Shown piece by piece: positions 1 to 13,700 of a DNA stretch of 64,000 nt (its first letter is position 1; the number at the start of each line of letters is the position of its first letter). The stretch comes from Chrysomallon squamiferum (Eukaryota > Animalia > Mollusca): NCBI GenBank assembly GCA_012295275.1, contig CM022665.1, positions 25,730,001 to 25,794,000 on the forward strand, written 5' to 3'. A program made the translations under genes and the position numbers. The notes beneath the pieces were generated by a model. That model made no database searches, was not told the origin of the DNA, and saw only the letters and a list, made by a program, of their open reading frames with translations.

Positions 1-597
1 TTAAAATGGTTTATTAACAGCCAGTGGTTTTTCCATTCATAAAAATTATTGTGTATCTGAAAAGAATTTCCAATATCTTGGTACTTTTTGAAAAAATAAG
101 TAACTCAATCAAGTCAGTGTATTAATAAATAACAGTGTATATAATACCATTTTGTTTCTTATTTAGTGTTTTCTTTATAAGAAACTGTTGTGGTAAGTCC
201 CAGTGAGTGATGGTGGAACTACTTTCAGCTGCTGTCAGTATATGACAGATACTGTAACTGTTCAATAAATGTAAAGTTTACTTGTGTTACTTTGCACCCA
301 AAGGCTGATCAATTTTTTATCCTGGCTTGTTGTTAAGCTCATTCAGTCACTGTATTATTTGAAAAAATATATGTAAAATTAACTGGGCACATATTATACA
401 GAGCTTGACCACTCTTTATCAGCAGGCCAGTCGGGTATTTCTGAGTAATGAACATAGGTAAGTGATGTGTCAGTACCCCCTTTTACATATTTTCCTATTA
501 CAAGGAGGGTTTATTCTTTGAAAACAAAAATATAATTTTATAATGTTCAAAACCAAAATATTATAAGCATTTAATAGATTTTTATTTGTTTCTTTAG

Positions 598-1303
598 AAT
601 TGGACATCACAGTACATCTGATGACAGTTCTGTTTATCGGTCAGTAGATGAAGTGAGTTACTGGGACAAACAAGATAACCCAATTACACGTCTTCGACAT
701 TACATGGAAAACCAAGGCTATTGGGATGAAGAACATGAAAAAGAATGGAAGCTGGAATCTAGAAAAATGGTCAGCATTTCATTTATTTGTGTTAGGCACA
801 CAGAATTTATTGATTTACTTTAATCTTTCAGTTTTAAGAAAATTACTCCAAAATAAAAATATTTCAAATGTTTCCACTAACCATTCAATCAGGTTTTAAT
901 TTTTAATATTCTAGATGTGTATAGCATTTACTTTTTAAAATTTAGGTTTTATTTTGAAAAATAAAATATATTTTAGTTATTTTTGAAAAGAACATTAAAA
1001 AAAAAAAAAAAAAATTTAAATGAAAGAAAGATTAATTCATTAAATGATCCAACAAAGTTAGCATTTAAAAATATACTGGATTTTTTAAATAATAATATTG
1101 TAAATTAGGTAAATAATTTTATTCAGGTTATGAAAGCATTTGCAGAAGCAGAAAATCGAAAGAAGCCAAATCCTGAAGAATTGTTCAAGGATGTGTATGA
1201 CAAAATGCCACGTCATTTAGAGGAGCAAATGGAAGACATGAAGAAACATGTTCTACAGTATAAAGAACATTATCCATTGGAACACCATGAGAAAATGTCT
1301 TAA
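598..1303 (+). CDS. BCKDHA: Branched-chain alpha-keto acid dehydrogenase E1 alpha, last two exons (598-769, 1127-1303); 5' part lies outside the window
   Basis: Spliced translation [57 protein letters not shown]|[58 protein letters not shown] matches the E1-alpha C-terminus, including the HHSTSDD phosphorylation loop. Canonical AG/GT junctions, TAA at 1301-1303. Confidence 0.96.
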
Positions 1304-2582
1304 ACTTTTGTTGTGAAAAATAAGTATCTATTATAGGGTTCCATGGGACTCATCTGTTTATATTCTGAGTGGTCTGAACTTGAAAACCAAAGGGTAGCAG
1401 TGAAGTTATGACTATATAAATAAATAAAGAAGAGAAAAGTGAGGTGTTCATTGTTGTTTTACCATAATTTTATTTATTCAGATGACAGTATATTGTTTCC
1501 TTTGTTTTAGGTACTTAGCAAACAGCTATGGCATAGAAAGGACCATTCATTTTAATAAACTCTGTCTTTTGAAGTACTGAATGCTTTGGCAGCATTTTTC
1601 AAGACTGCTAGCAAATAAATACTGACAAATCATAGCCATACATCTTACTATTAAAAAAATTAATGCATTTATATTAAATGTTAAACTTGCATCATATAGG
1701 AAATTAATTCATTTGTATTAACTTCCATATTCATGTTACTTAGTACTGAATTCCATAATCTTTTTTTTTAATCATGCAAATAACTAAATAAATATATCTT
1801 TCAGATTGTTAATATTTGTTAAGTCAGTAAGCAGAAATACATAGTTGGTCATTTAGTTATTTTATTGGCTGCACCCTTTTTTTTAATAAATGTACATTTA
1901 AAAAAATACATTTGCTAATCTGTTTCTGCTTTTACAGTAATATCTATTGTATATATGCATACATGTATTTCTCTAAATTATTAAATTGATACATTTTTTC
2001 AGATGATTTTCTATAATACTTTAAGAAAATAATTTGCAGTCAGTTACTTGATTAAAAAACAACAGTAAAATTGTGTAAATAAAAATGTAAAAATTTGCCT
2101 ATTCTAATTGTTTTATTTATTTATTTTTTGTTGTCGTTTTTCTCTATCGAAATTTTCAAGATTGCATAGTAAAAAAGTATGGGTTTCTTTTAGGATGTAT
2201 TTATGTTTTTGCATGTTGTCATCTTTTGTTCATTAAATACCTATAGCCTGTGATGCATTAACTGATTATTCAATAAACAAAGCAATATTATTTTTGTTTT
2301 CTTTTTTCCTTTACTATTTTTTTTTTTTTTTTTTTTTGAATATGTTTATGTTTAAAGCTCTGTAATCACCAAAATCTCACTGTGGTCACGTTTCCTAATT
2401 AAAAAAGTGCTGTTCAGGTATACACACTAAAGTCATCATATTTTTTTTATTATTCCAGACTTCACATATCCTTGGAAATACCTTGATTTGTACTTTATTT
2501 AAACTAATGTCAATGGGACCAGTATATAATTCTACACAGGTATAACTAAGGATGCTTAAGAGAGTCAGACAAATGTCACCAT

Positions 2583-2838
2583 CAGGGGCAGATCTGTTAT
2601 GAAACTAATGAAGCTAAAACTTCATGGCCCTGATCCAGTAGAGACCCTATAAGTGACTGCAATGCTTCAAAATTTTAATCCAGATTTGAGATGTCATGGT
2701 TACATTTTTAAAAGATCTTTAATGATCTGTCATGACCGACTGATGAAGACAACAGTGGATATCCAGGTCTCATTGCTGTTTGTATAGGGTCCTGAACAGT
2801 TCGAGTTTCAGGGCCCCAAAAATATAGGTCTCCCATTG
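2583..2838. mobile_element. Degenerate non-autonomous hAT-like MITE
   Basis: Imperfect terminal inverted repeats (CAGGGGCAGATCT versus revcomp CAATGGGAGACCT), flanked by a near-duplicate 8-mer (GTCACCAT 2575-2582 / GTCACCTC 2839-2846). Internal inverted segment GACCCTATA...GCAATG / CATTGC...TATAGGGTC. Confidence 0.55.
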
Positions 2839-4084
2839 GTCACCTCACTAAAATCTGATACCTGTAATACTATGCAGTGTGTCCCATCTATAGATTTTGG
2901 TATTCTTCCATCTGAGAGATACTTCAGAAGTGGAGTTGATCCTCCTTCGAATATGAGTATGGATGATGTGATGTTTAGACTCTACTTGAACTGTAAAGAA
3001 CAAGTTGAAAATGACAATGTGACTATTTCTTACAATTATAGCTTCTCGTTGATGTTTAATACACATTTCTTCCTACAGTACATGATTTTCAGTTTCAGGA
3101 TTCACTGAAATTTTGTTTTCATTGAATTTATTATTAGTGCATCTGAAGCAAGTATGCAGAGTACTTGCTGTTTTCTACCTGATACACTTGGATCAAGAGA
3201 ATTTTAATAAGAATCTGTATTTTGTAACTGCTAACCAGACACACAAAAAAAAGGTAGTTAATAAAGCTTGGGTAAGGTTTGTCCTGACCATTTGCACCAA
3301 TTACTCAGATCATGCTATCAACATTTATATGGTCCTGTATTACAGTTTGCATAACAATTCTATTACAGTCATTAATGTGCTCTTGCATTGATAAAACAGC
3401 TCTATTTGACGGCCAGTAATGATTATAACGTTTGTATTTTTGTATGCCCTTGGGTTTTTTCCTTAGTCAAACTTTTTAAAATGTTATATATATATATCAA
3501 TATCCAAACAAGAGGTACCAAGTAAAACCATTTTTGGACGTTGAACACTGACATTAGTCAGTCTTTCAGTAAAATAAAATAACGTTTACCTGAAACATAC
3601 TTAGCCATAAGGATTATAATCTTTCCTTGTATGCAGATTTTCAACATAACATTGTCTTCATATTACATGTGTTATTATTACTTTTTTTCTTTTGCTAGGT
3701 GGGCAACCAGGGATAACGATTTGACTTCACTCTTGGTATTTCCAGTCAGTTGGGGGTGATTGGCTGACTGTTGAGCTTAAACTCTGATATTAGCAACGTT
3801 TCTGTTTTAGACAGTAATCTGAATTTTGGTTCTGTTAGACTGAGTCTTAATAAATGTAGTTTTTGTGACATTTCAGTCTTATGTAGAAGGTGATATCATC
3901 ACCTGGTTCATTTTCTCTGTCTGCGATTTAAAATGTTGTTTCTGCATATTTTAAAAATAAAATTTGTACTTTTTTGTTACCAGTGTCTTAATATATATAT
4001 ATAATGGCACAGATAAATTAATAAAATATAAATAAATAGGCAATCTTTAAAATTAATACATTTAAATAAAAAATATAAAATATA

Positions 4085-4779
4085 AAATCGCCACGTGTGT
4101 GACTGTGCACATAGGGCATTTTTGTCAGACACAAAATCTGAAAGTGGAGAAAAACAATTTATTTTGGTCTTGTGATTTGGGTTTTCCCATTGCGCATCGT
4201 ATGACGATAAAACGCATAAGATGTACTAAATTCAACAATGAATATGAATCGGAAAGAAAACAATAATAACAAAATGCCAAATGCTGTTGTTAAGTACATA
4301 ATTTGTGGTGTGTTTGGTATGTATTAATATGACTTGCTATTATGTTTGGTACATGTATACTATTTTATGTCATGTACATATAATGATATATTTTATATAA
4401 ATGTTTGTGTAAGGATTTCATTGCAGATATTATCGGTTTCATTTAGGCGCTGTTGTGAAAACGAGAATAATTATAAACAGTAATCATAACGATACAAAAC
4501 TACAACTATAATACAGCTATGATTTGTTGGTTCATTAATGTATCTGATTTTAACGCAGTTATCATCTTTTTACAATTCAAAAATGATTCCTATTCCATGT
4601 ATTTTTAAGTAAATGTCTTTGATGCTGCCAATTGTTCCTGAGGAAATTTTCGTCTACCTCCATTGGCCAATGAAATGCAGACTAATTTCGCTGAATTCTA
4701 TTTTTAGTATATGATGAGTTCTGGGAAAAACAGGAAGGAAAGCCGAATTGTAATCTTAAGATAAGTTATAAACGACATC
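4085..4779 (+). promoter_or_regulatory. Putative Rel promoter / 5' region with kB site
   Basis: Locally CpG-retaining region upstream of the ATG. GGGTTTTCCC (revcomp GGGAAAACCC, Rel/Dorsal-type kB site) at 4179-4188 abuts ATTGCGCAT (C/EBP-like) at 4189-4197. E-box CACGTG at 4092-4097; back-to-back ATTGG/CCAAT at 4662-4671. Confidence 0.5.
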
Positions 4780-7700
4780 ATGGAAGATACAGCACTGACG
4801 TTAAGCTCAGGTAAATTTCTTTATTGTTTATCATTCTCCCACTGATCTAGCATATAACTGTTTTGAAATACTTCAAACAGTTTTCTAGGAAATGTGTATT
4901 AACATGTACATCAAATGGTAAATGTCGCGAGTCGCCATGTTGTCTTCTGTTCAGACTATTGATATACATACTACATAATAATAATAGTTTTACATTTGGT
5001 ACGATTAAGCGATACTTTTTTTTTTTATAATTAAAAATTACATTGTTAATGTTATACTAGACCAGTTTGATCTAGAAAATTAATATATAATTTCACTATT
5101 ACTATTTATCATTTTATCATAAAATTTATGATTATTATTATTTTTTTTTTTTTACAAAATATTAAATAAATTGTCTAACTAACTTCATTAAAGAATTAAT
5201 TGCTACAGTTAATTTAAGAAGAAATTTAAGTCATAATTTATATAATAATTATGAATCTCTGACACTGGTCATAGCATTATTTCTTCTATAAACAAATCAT
5301 GTTCAGTTGTGAAAATAAAGTAAAAGCATTCGTTATACAAACAATTCATTAAAAATATTGTCAAAGCAAGACCTTTTAACTGCAGATATTTGTATAAACG
5401 TAAATTAAATAGTAATTTAATTCAGTATAATAATTATTAAATTTATGTACAGTTGTACCTGCATTTTGTGGCCCCCAAAGATAATTGACCACCTGCAATA
5501 TATAGACACTTTTTTGAGTCCTGATTGTTTTACAGTGGTTATGTCCCTTAGTGGATACCCGCTTAATGGAGACACAGACATCATTTTAGAAATTATGCAC
5601 TGCAAAAGCAGGCAGTCGTACCAATTTGGAATTGTTTTCTCCAAAATATATAATTTTACTGTTGTACAGCAGCTTTATACAGAATATTTAAAGATGGCAT
5701 TGCCCATTTCCTGCACAGATGTGACAGAGTGTTGTTTTTGTGAAATCACAAAATGCTCACCAAACCATGCAACTCGTTTGGTACATAATTTTGATAATTC
5801 AAACACACATCATTCTATGCATATCTGTTATATAAAAACAGACTTTAAGGACACTTTTGAGGTTGAAAAGATGGCATGAATGAGTGCTGTATTTGGGTTT
5901 CAAATACAATATTTTGTAAAACATATCTTATGCTTACAATGAGGTTTATAACATGCATAATGTTACATTTACATCCGTCAGTGAACTTGATATGTTTGCA
6001 ATTGTGTTTTAAGAAAAAGCTGTGATGCTTGCTATGTCAGTGCCTGGCCAGGATGTTTGTGCCACTGGGGTGATGCTTATGAATAAAGATTGTAAATATG
6101 TTTTAAAAAAATTGTCTGTAATTATTTTCTTTCTGATGAGTGGACACCTGCAATTTAGGGTTACTTTAGCTCAGCAGTAAGGTGTATCTACAAGACAGGT
6201 ACCATTGGTCCAGACACCCGTTAATCTCTTGTCTAACATTTCCAACATCACACTACTTTCATGTCTATGATTATTTTGTATATCAAAATAATATATGCAC
6301 CTATAAAGATGTAAAATATATTTTAATTATTTGAAGCAGTATGAAATTACAATTATTATTTTTAATTTATGTCATTTAAATTTGGATAAGCATTGTTTTT
6401 TTTTTGTTTTTTCGTCTATTATACAGAATTTCATTTTAATGGTCCTGTTTTTAAAACAGACAGGGTAACTACTTGGTTTTACCATTGTTTTGCTTCCATT
6501 GTTGTACACACAACTGATTTATTGTAAAATAAAGATATTTGTTTGTCTGACTTAAAATACTTCAATAGGGTATTCTTTTCAGTATATCAAAACTTGTATA
6601 ATATCAGTAATGTAATCAAAGTTCATCCTGTCACCAAATAATAAACAGTTTGATTTCAGGCACTGTTAACTCAGTATGAAGTTAGGTTAAAGTCTAATAT
6701 ACTAAATAGTTAACAGGAATTCATAAATCAAAAACAAAAGAACAAGTCGTAAAAACTGAAAGTTAAAGTAAAACTAATTAATGCTGTGTTTGAAACCCAA
6801 AGAATAATAAAATGTTAATTGTTCAATCCAATGAAAGAAATTTCTAGATGGTTTATCAAAAGTCAGAGTTCAGGAATTATTATGTATATTTTCGAAATTA
6901 AAGTTATCAGATTCCAGAATGTTTGTCATTGATTGATGACTTTGATTCTCCTTCTGACTTTCCATATGAAAATAATGTTTTGTCAGATTTCTGTACAAGA
7001 ACAAACACACAATGTTTTGTCAAACTTGTGCACAAGAATGAATGAATAAATGAAAAAATGAATGTGCTTTTCAGGTTTTTTGCACAAGAATGAATAAATG
7101 ACTTGTCATCAGCTTTTGACAGTTTTTTGTTTGGTGAAGAAATTTATATGGTAACAACTTTTCTTCAGGCTTTGATGACACTTGAGATGAAACTTTGAGA
7201 CCAAATGAAATGTAAACTGTTTCAGTGATGTTCACAGTCTTGTGAGAAAAAACTACCCAGCTGAACTGAACTGTGCCTTGTTAGATCAAAAGTCAGTGAA
7301 AGAAAAAAAATGAGTTCTTATGAAAATTTAATCATGTTTTGAAAATTTGGTGTTATCTACTGATATATAAATTAATGTCTGCAGAATCACAGTGAAAACA
7401 AAGCTGTTCATGCAGTAATTAAAAATGTGTTTGTTTCAGTAGTTTACGATTAGTATAATTAGATGCAGTTGTTTTTTTTTGTTTTTTTTAAATTGTTTGA
7501 TTTAGAACTGATCACTTTGAGGGTTTAGCTTTTTAAATTTCTTATTTGATTTATTACAGAGTTTGATTTGGATCAAATAAACCAGGTAGCAAGTGAAGAC
7601 CTGGACAGATTACTTCAACAACAGAATTTAGGTAAAGTGCAAAATATTGTTAGAATACATTTTTGCCAGACATCTTAACTAAAATTTCACACACATACAC

Positions 7701-10700
7701 ACTCACTCCCATTCTTGCTTTGAACCTATTTTTGTATTTAATTTACAGATTAAGCAAACTGTGCCTGATTTTTATTTTCATTCTTTTTCTACAGCTGGTT
7801 TTTGTTTTTAAATTAAATTAATATTTCATGATTCACAATATATATATGCATGATTTTTTAATTTTTTAATTATTTAATTTTTTTAAAGCATCCAATTCAG
7901 CTATGATGAGCGAGGGTCCATTTGTGTGCGGAACGGAGCAGTCACCCTTATTTTCTAGTGCTGCCCTTGGTGCCTCCACGCAGTCACGCTTACCACACCC
8001 TGCATTAGCTAACCCTGATCCTTGGGTAGAGATTGTAGAACAGCCTAAATCAAGAGGCCTTCGTTTCAGATATGAATGTGAAGGTCGATCTGCTGGAAGC
8101 ATACCTGGTGAAAGAACATCAGCTGAAAAGAAAACGTTCCCCACAATAAAAGTAAGTATTTACACTAGCAATCAGAATCATTAATTTTCAGAATGTATGA
8201 ATTATTTTTTTCTTTTATGTCTGACACAGCTTTGAGGTAGATCTGTTTAAAGCTCATAATATTAACATATTTTTTTTTAGATAAATCAGAACTGTTACAT
8301 ATTTCTTGTTAGTTGTTTTCAACAGATATATCAGCCTCAAATCTGTTTAGATGCTAAATAACTTTAAAGAAGGTAAATTGTCTTGATGGTATGTACAGTG
8401 TAATTGTAATTATCTTTTTAAAATATGTAACTCACTATCAGTAACATTTTATATGTACTAAATGCAGTTTAATTTATTTAAATTAAATCCAGTAATAAGA
8501 AGCAACTGGAAGATGATGATTCAGTCATCCATAAAAATGTTTTTACAAGCAGAATTAAAAAAAAAAAAAAGAGAGAGAATCCACAAATCCCTCCCCATAA
8601 AAAAAACCTTTTTGTTCATTTTTGCTTAGTGTGAACATTTTCTACCACAAAATATTTGGTTATGTTATTAATAAATGTGAGCAAAGCTCAGGACTGTTGT
8701 TTTATTGTCTTTATGCTAATTTGTTTATTTATAATAAAATTGTTCTGCAGATTCACAATTATAGTGGAAATGCCATTGTTGTTGTATCATGTGTGACTAA
8801 AGAAGCAGCACCCAATTGTAAACCACATCCTCACTCACTGGTTGGGAAAGATTGTAAGAAAGGAGTGTGCACTGTCAAGGTTAAGGAAAATGATACAGTC
8901 AGGTGAAAAAACTTTATTTTAATGTTTAACATTTTTTGATTTATTTATTAATCTTCAACAAATTTATTATTGTTATCTATATATTTATTTATTTATTTAT
9001 TTATTTATAACAGATGAAACTGCTTTATTTTTTTTTATTTTTTTTTTGAAACAGTTCATGTAAATGTTCTAATTTCATTCAGTTTCCCACATCTTGGAAT
9101 ACAGTGTGCAAAAAAGAAAGAAGTGGAAAACTCCCTAAAAACAAGGAAAGAAATAAATGTGGATCCTTTCCAAAGTAAGACTCAATTGTTTATGTTTTGT
9201 AAGTGGGTGGTGAGGGAACAACCCCCCAACAAAAACACCTCAGCTAAATAAAGAATTTCATTACGTTATACAGAATATTAAAATGTTCTAAGCCATTCTA
9301 TAGTCAGGTTTCAATTTATATTTAAATGCTGGTTAAGCGTAAGACTATTTCAGTACAATATTTTTTTTCCACCTGAAAACAAGATGGTATTATATATTTT
9401 AATTGTGGTGTGACTATTTAGAAAAAGAACTTATCTTTTTCTTTTACAGCTGGTTTTAATCATGGAACTGCAAACATTGACTTGAATGTTGTCAGACTGT
9501 GTTTCCAGGTGTTTTTGCCTGATGCAAATGGAAAGATCACAAGAGTTGTCCCTCCTGTTGTCTCCCAGCTTATTCATGACAAAAGTACGTGAATGTATAA
9601 TTATGGGAAATAGTCTTGTAGTCACATGGAAAAATTTGAAGAGGAAAACAAAAACAAATATTAACATGTAATTTAGAAAAAGTATTTTAAAATGTTTATT
9701 TTGTTTAAACCTATAATTTTCATTCCATATTAATGTATTTTTAAACAAGAGTTATTCATTTTAAACCTATATTTTTCATTTCAGATTAATGTTAATTGTA
9801 AGCATTGAAATGTTTTTATTTGCAAAAGTTCTCTGAAAGAAGAGGTTATAAATGAAACAGTATATCCTTGATTTTTGAACCCTAATGCAATATCACAGTT
9901 TATAGTGATTTAACCAAATTTATAACCATTGTGATTTTGAGATTAGCAAAGAGTAATCTCTACATTATTAAGGACTCTAATTTTTTTTTCTGAAATAGTA
10001 TCAGTACTGAACATTTTAGAAAATATCATAACTGTTTTATCAAATGATACTGATGATATATTTCAGATATTGTAGATCTTGTGTGGTACAGGTTTAAATA
10101 CTAGTCTCGTGTAAAAATGAGTCATTTAATAAGACTTCATGTATATATCATGCTTAAAATGTCTTATAAAAGAAATTAAATTTCTCTGAGAATATATGTA
10201 TGTATGTATATGTATAAGTATATATTTGTGTATGTGTATGTGTAAATATATACATATTTATATTTGTATGTTTGTTAAATGTCTTATAGTAGAAATTAGA
10301 TCTCTCTATTTGAATTGAATATAAATTAGTCCCTTTTTGGGTCCATAAATAGTTATCTAATTTATTTCCAGAGTCACTGAATGAACTGGTTATCTGTCGA
10401 GTTGACAGAAGTTCTGGTCGAGCACGAGGAGGTGACGAAATATTCTTACTTTGTGAAAAAATAAACAAAGGTGAGAAATTCAATACATGGATTGTTTTGA
10501 TTACATATAGCAAAAGATGTTTGTGAAAATGTTACTTGCATATTAAGATAATTTGAAAATAATAATTCTGTTCAGTGTAGTGATGAAACTGTTTCTTAAT
10601 TGATTGCTTATTGGAAGTTCCAATATAAACACAAAATATGTACATAAAATTTATTCTGTGCCTGCTCAACCAGAGCTCTCCAGGTGACCATCTCCAATTT

Positions 10701-13700
10701 TGATAACATTTCACCCATTTGTGCATCCATATAAATGATGAAATTATGGTTAATCAAATGTAGGGCATGTCCTCCCATATTTGAAACTCATAACTGTGTT
10801 GAGATGTTTTCAGCTGTTTTTGAAAGCTAATAACTTTATGTATTACAAAAATGTTGATCTGACATTTGCTATGTTACATATTTCATACCTTGAGAATCTA
10901 AAAATGGAATCATTTTATAAATATCTCTGGCAGTTTGTGACCAGGAGACATCTAAAATTTAGTTTTTTAATATTTTGGAGGTCTATTACTTTCTGATTAT
11001 TTGTCACAGTTACAAACTGTTGATTGAGTAGAGTGTATACCTATGGATGTTTCTTTATGGGAAAATTTATTTGAATCCAGTAAAAATATTAATATGTAGT
11101 TAGGGTCCAAAGTTGAGAAAAAATTACAAAGTTCGCATTTTGTGGTGGAAAATGTCACTGAAAAGTGATAAAGTGACACCTAATTGTCAAAACAAATCTT
11201 AATAATTAGAATGGTTGACATAATATGCTTACTGCATTTTTCTGTAATTAATCACTCTCTTGTAAAGATTGAACAATTCACAAAACAGATATGTTTTGTC
11301 ACTATAAATGATTTCTGGTATCCAAGCTTGAATGTTGCATTAAAATGATCAGATTAAAACTGAAACATGTTGGTTCCCAGTAAATGGTTATTGTAATAAT
11401 GAGAGGTGATTGTGTGTGTGTGTGTGTATTTATTTATTTATATATAGATACATAAATAATATATATAAATATGCAGGTGTCTGTTATCTGCACTGATAAT
11501 GTTATTAATTACAGATGATATTCAGGTACGCTTTTTTGATGAAACCCCAGAAGGTATAGTGTGGGAAGCATATGGAGATTTTGGTTCTGGTGATGTGCAT
11601 CGCCAGGTGAGATACACTTTTAAAGTCAGTTATTTTAAAATGTAAATTTTTCTTTAATAAAATTAACAGAACAATGTGGTGCTCATCATGGTGTAGGTAC
11701 TATAAATAATTACATATATGGATTCCCAGTGTAATCAGTGCTCTTTGCATGCAAAAATAATCAAATTAAGAAATATGAATAGATAGTTATACAATTTCCC
11801 TTATTTAATTTAATAAAGTATTCTCCATGGAAAATGGAAGTTGGTTTCAACATGATTATTAATGTCAAAAATGAGTTGAGGTGTTTTCAAAGAAGCATTT
11901 TTTTCATTTTTTTATTTGTTGAATTTACATCAAAAATAATTCCTGTCATTTTAGTCAGGAAATAAATACATAGTAAAGACTGAAAATTAAATTTGAAAAA
12001 ATTATTAATCATTTAAGTTTTAGATAGTACCTACTGAAGGTAAAATAGTCAACCTTGTAACCACTTTTGTAGGCTGTAAGTAATAAGAAGAAAAAAAATG
12101 GAAATATAGGAGGTAAAATTTAACATAAACTTAAAAGTGGAAACATGTTTCAAATTTGATGAATTCATAAATTGGCCAGATGTATACAAAACAGTCTTGT
12201 TATTTTGACAAACATCATTTTTGTGATTTTACTTCAGTCCTCCTTAAGATGTGATATATTACATATTTTGTGTTCACAGTTTGCCATTGTGTTTAAAACA
12301 CCTGCATTTCGGGAGAGATTAATTGAACGTCCAGTCGAAGTACAGATGCAGCTTCGAAGACCTTCAGATCAAGAAACCAGTGACTCGATTCCATTTACTT
12401 ATATGCCTGAAGATCCTGGTAAATTATTTACAGAAAATTTATCACATTTATGAGTATCATGTTGATATGAAAATTTTGAGAATACTTTTTATATATGACC
12501 CTTTTCAAAACACATTATATTATATGTACTGCAAATATATATTACAATTCAAGTTTTCAGTGACTAATAGAAAAAAAAAATTATTGTAAAAGTTTATTAA
12601 ATGACCAATAAATGATCACAATTTTTTCTTTTGTCATACAAAATTTGGATCAAATATGATAATACAATCAGCTCTGAAAAAAATTATGTTTTATTTTATT
12701 GCGTTTTTTTCTCAACATTGTCTACCATTCCTTTTCAAACATGCTGTTAATATTTTTCTGATAAATATACTGTTTCTTTTTTTATTCTTATTGAGAGCAG
12801 ATTACATAAATGACAAAAGAGAATATTAGATATGTTTTTAACATTGAACAATAATTATACATCATACTTTACTATTATTTTATTTTTTATTTATTTTTTT
12901 TAAACATTAGAACATTGTTGATTTGTGTTGTTTTTGTTTTCTGTTTTAATATAATCTTTCTCTGATTAATAGATCCTGACAGAATTGAGGAAAAACGAAA
13001 AAGAAAATCTGCCACTTTTGCTCATCACTGGAATGCCTCTCCATCAGGTAATTAAAGAGCCAGTTTATTATTAAAGATGTTATAACACTTGCATACAACT
13101 TAATAATGTGATATATCCTTTGACATAATATATAAATTTTCCAGCATTTGTTATTTCCCGGTAAATTTGTTTTGTAAATTATACCAGGCACCATCCAATA
13201 TTTAAATGAACTTCAGTAACCTTCAGTAAATGACATAGATTGGACATTTTCTGAAAAAAAAAATGTTTTATCCTTATTCAACAGCTCTAACTTGTTATAA
13301 ACATTTTCTTTTTCTGTTGCTGACATTAGGAACAGATTTTAAGTATTTTGTAATTGCATAACACCCATATACTGACCTTGTTTTTCATTTATTTATTAAT
13401 ATTATTTTTTTGTGTTTCACTATTTCTTTATAAATAAGTTTGTCTTTTTAAGTTACATCCAAAAAATATTTCAAAAGCTAAAAACAAGTTCTCTGACAGC
13501 GGCATTCAAACCAAAAACTAAATGAACTTGTGGTTTCAGATTCTAATTTGTCAGTTTAAAATACATTTTGTTCAGATTATTTATTATCATTTCAGTTATT
13601 TTAAAAAATAAACATTTCATTTGTTTCAGGTATCTTTGACCCTGAGCGAAATCCAAACGCAGATGTAAAGGAAAGCTTGCGTACAAAACTTAAAGCAAAT

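Noticed and set aside
2740-2790. CTGATGA followed by a short stem (hammerhead-like start)
   Set aside because: No GAAA after the stem and no stems I/III with a cleavage triplet.
2836-3391. ORFs of 90, 72 and 92 aa between BCKDHA and Rel
   Set aside because: Non-ATG or weak starts, no recognisable domain and no splice-consistent model; the first overlaps a MITE end.
5445-5879. 144-aa ORF in Rel intron 1
   Set aside because: Lies within a TIR-bounded repeat, has no transposase or other motif, and lacks fitting splice sites.
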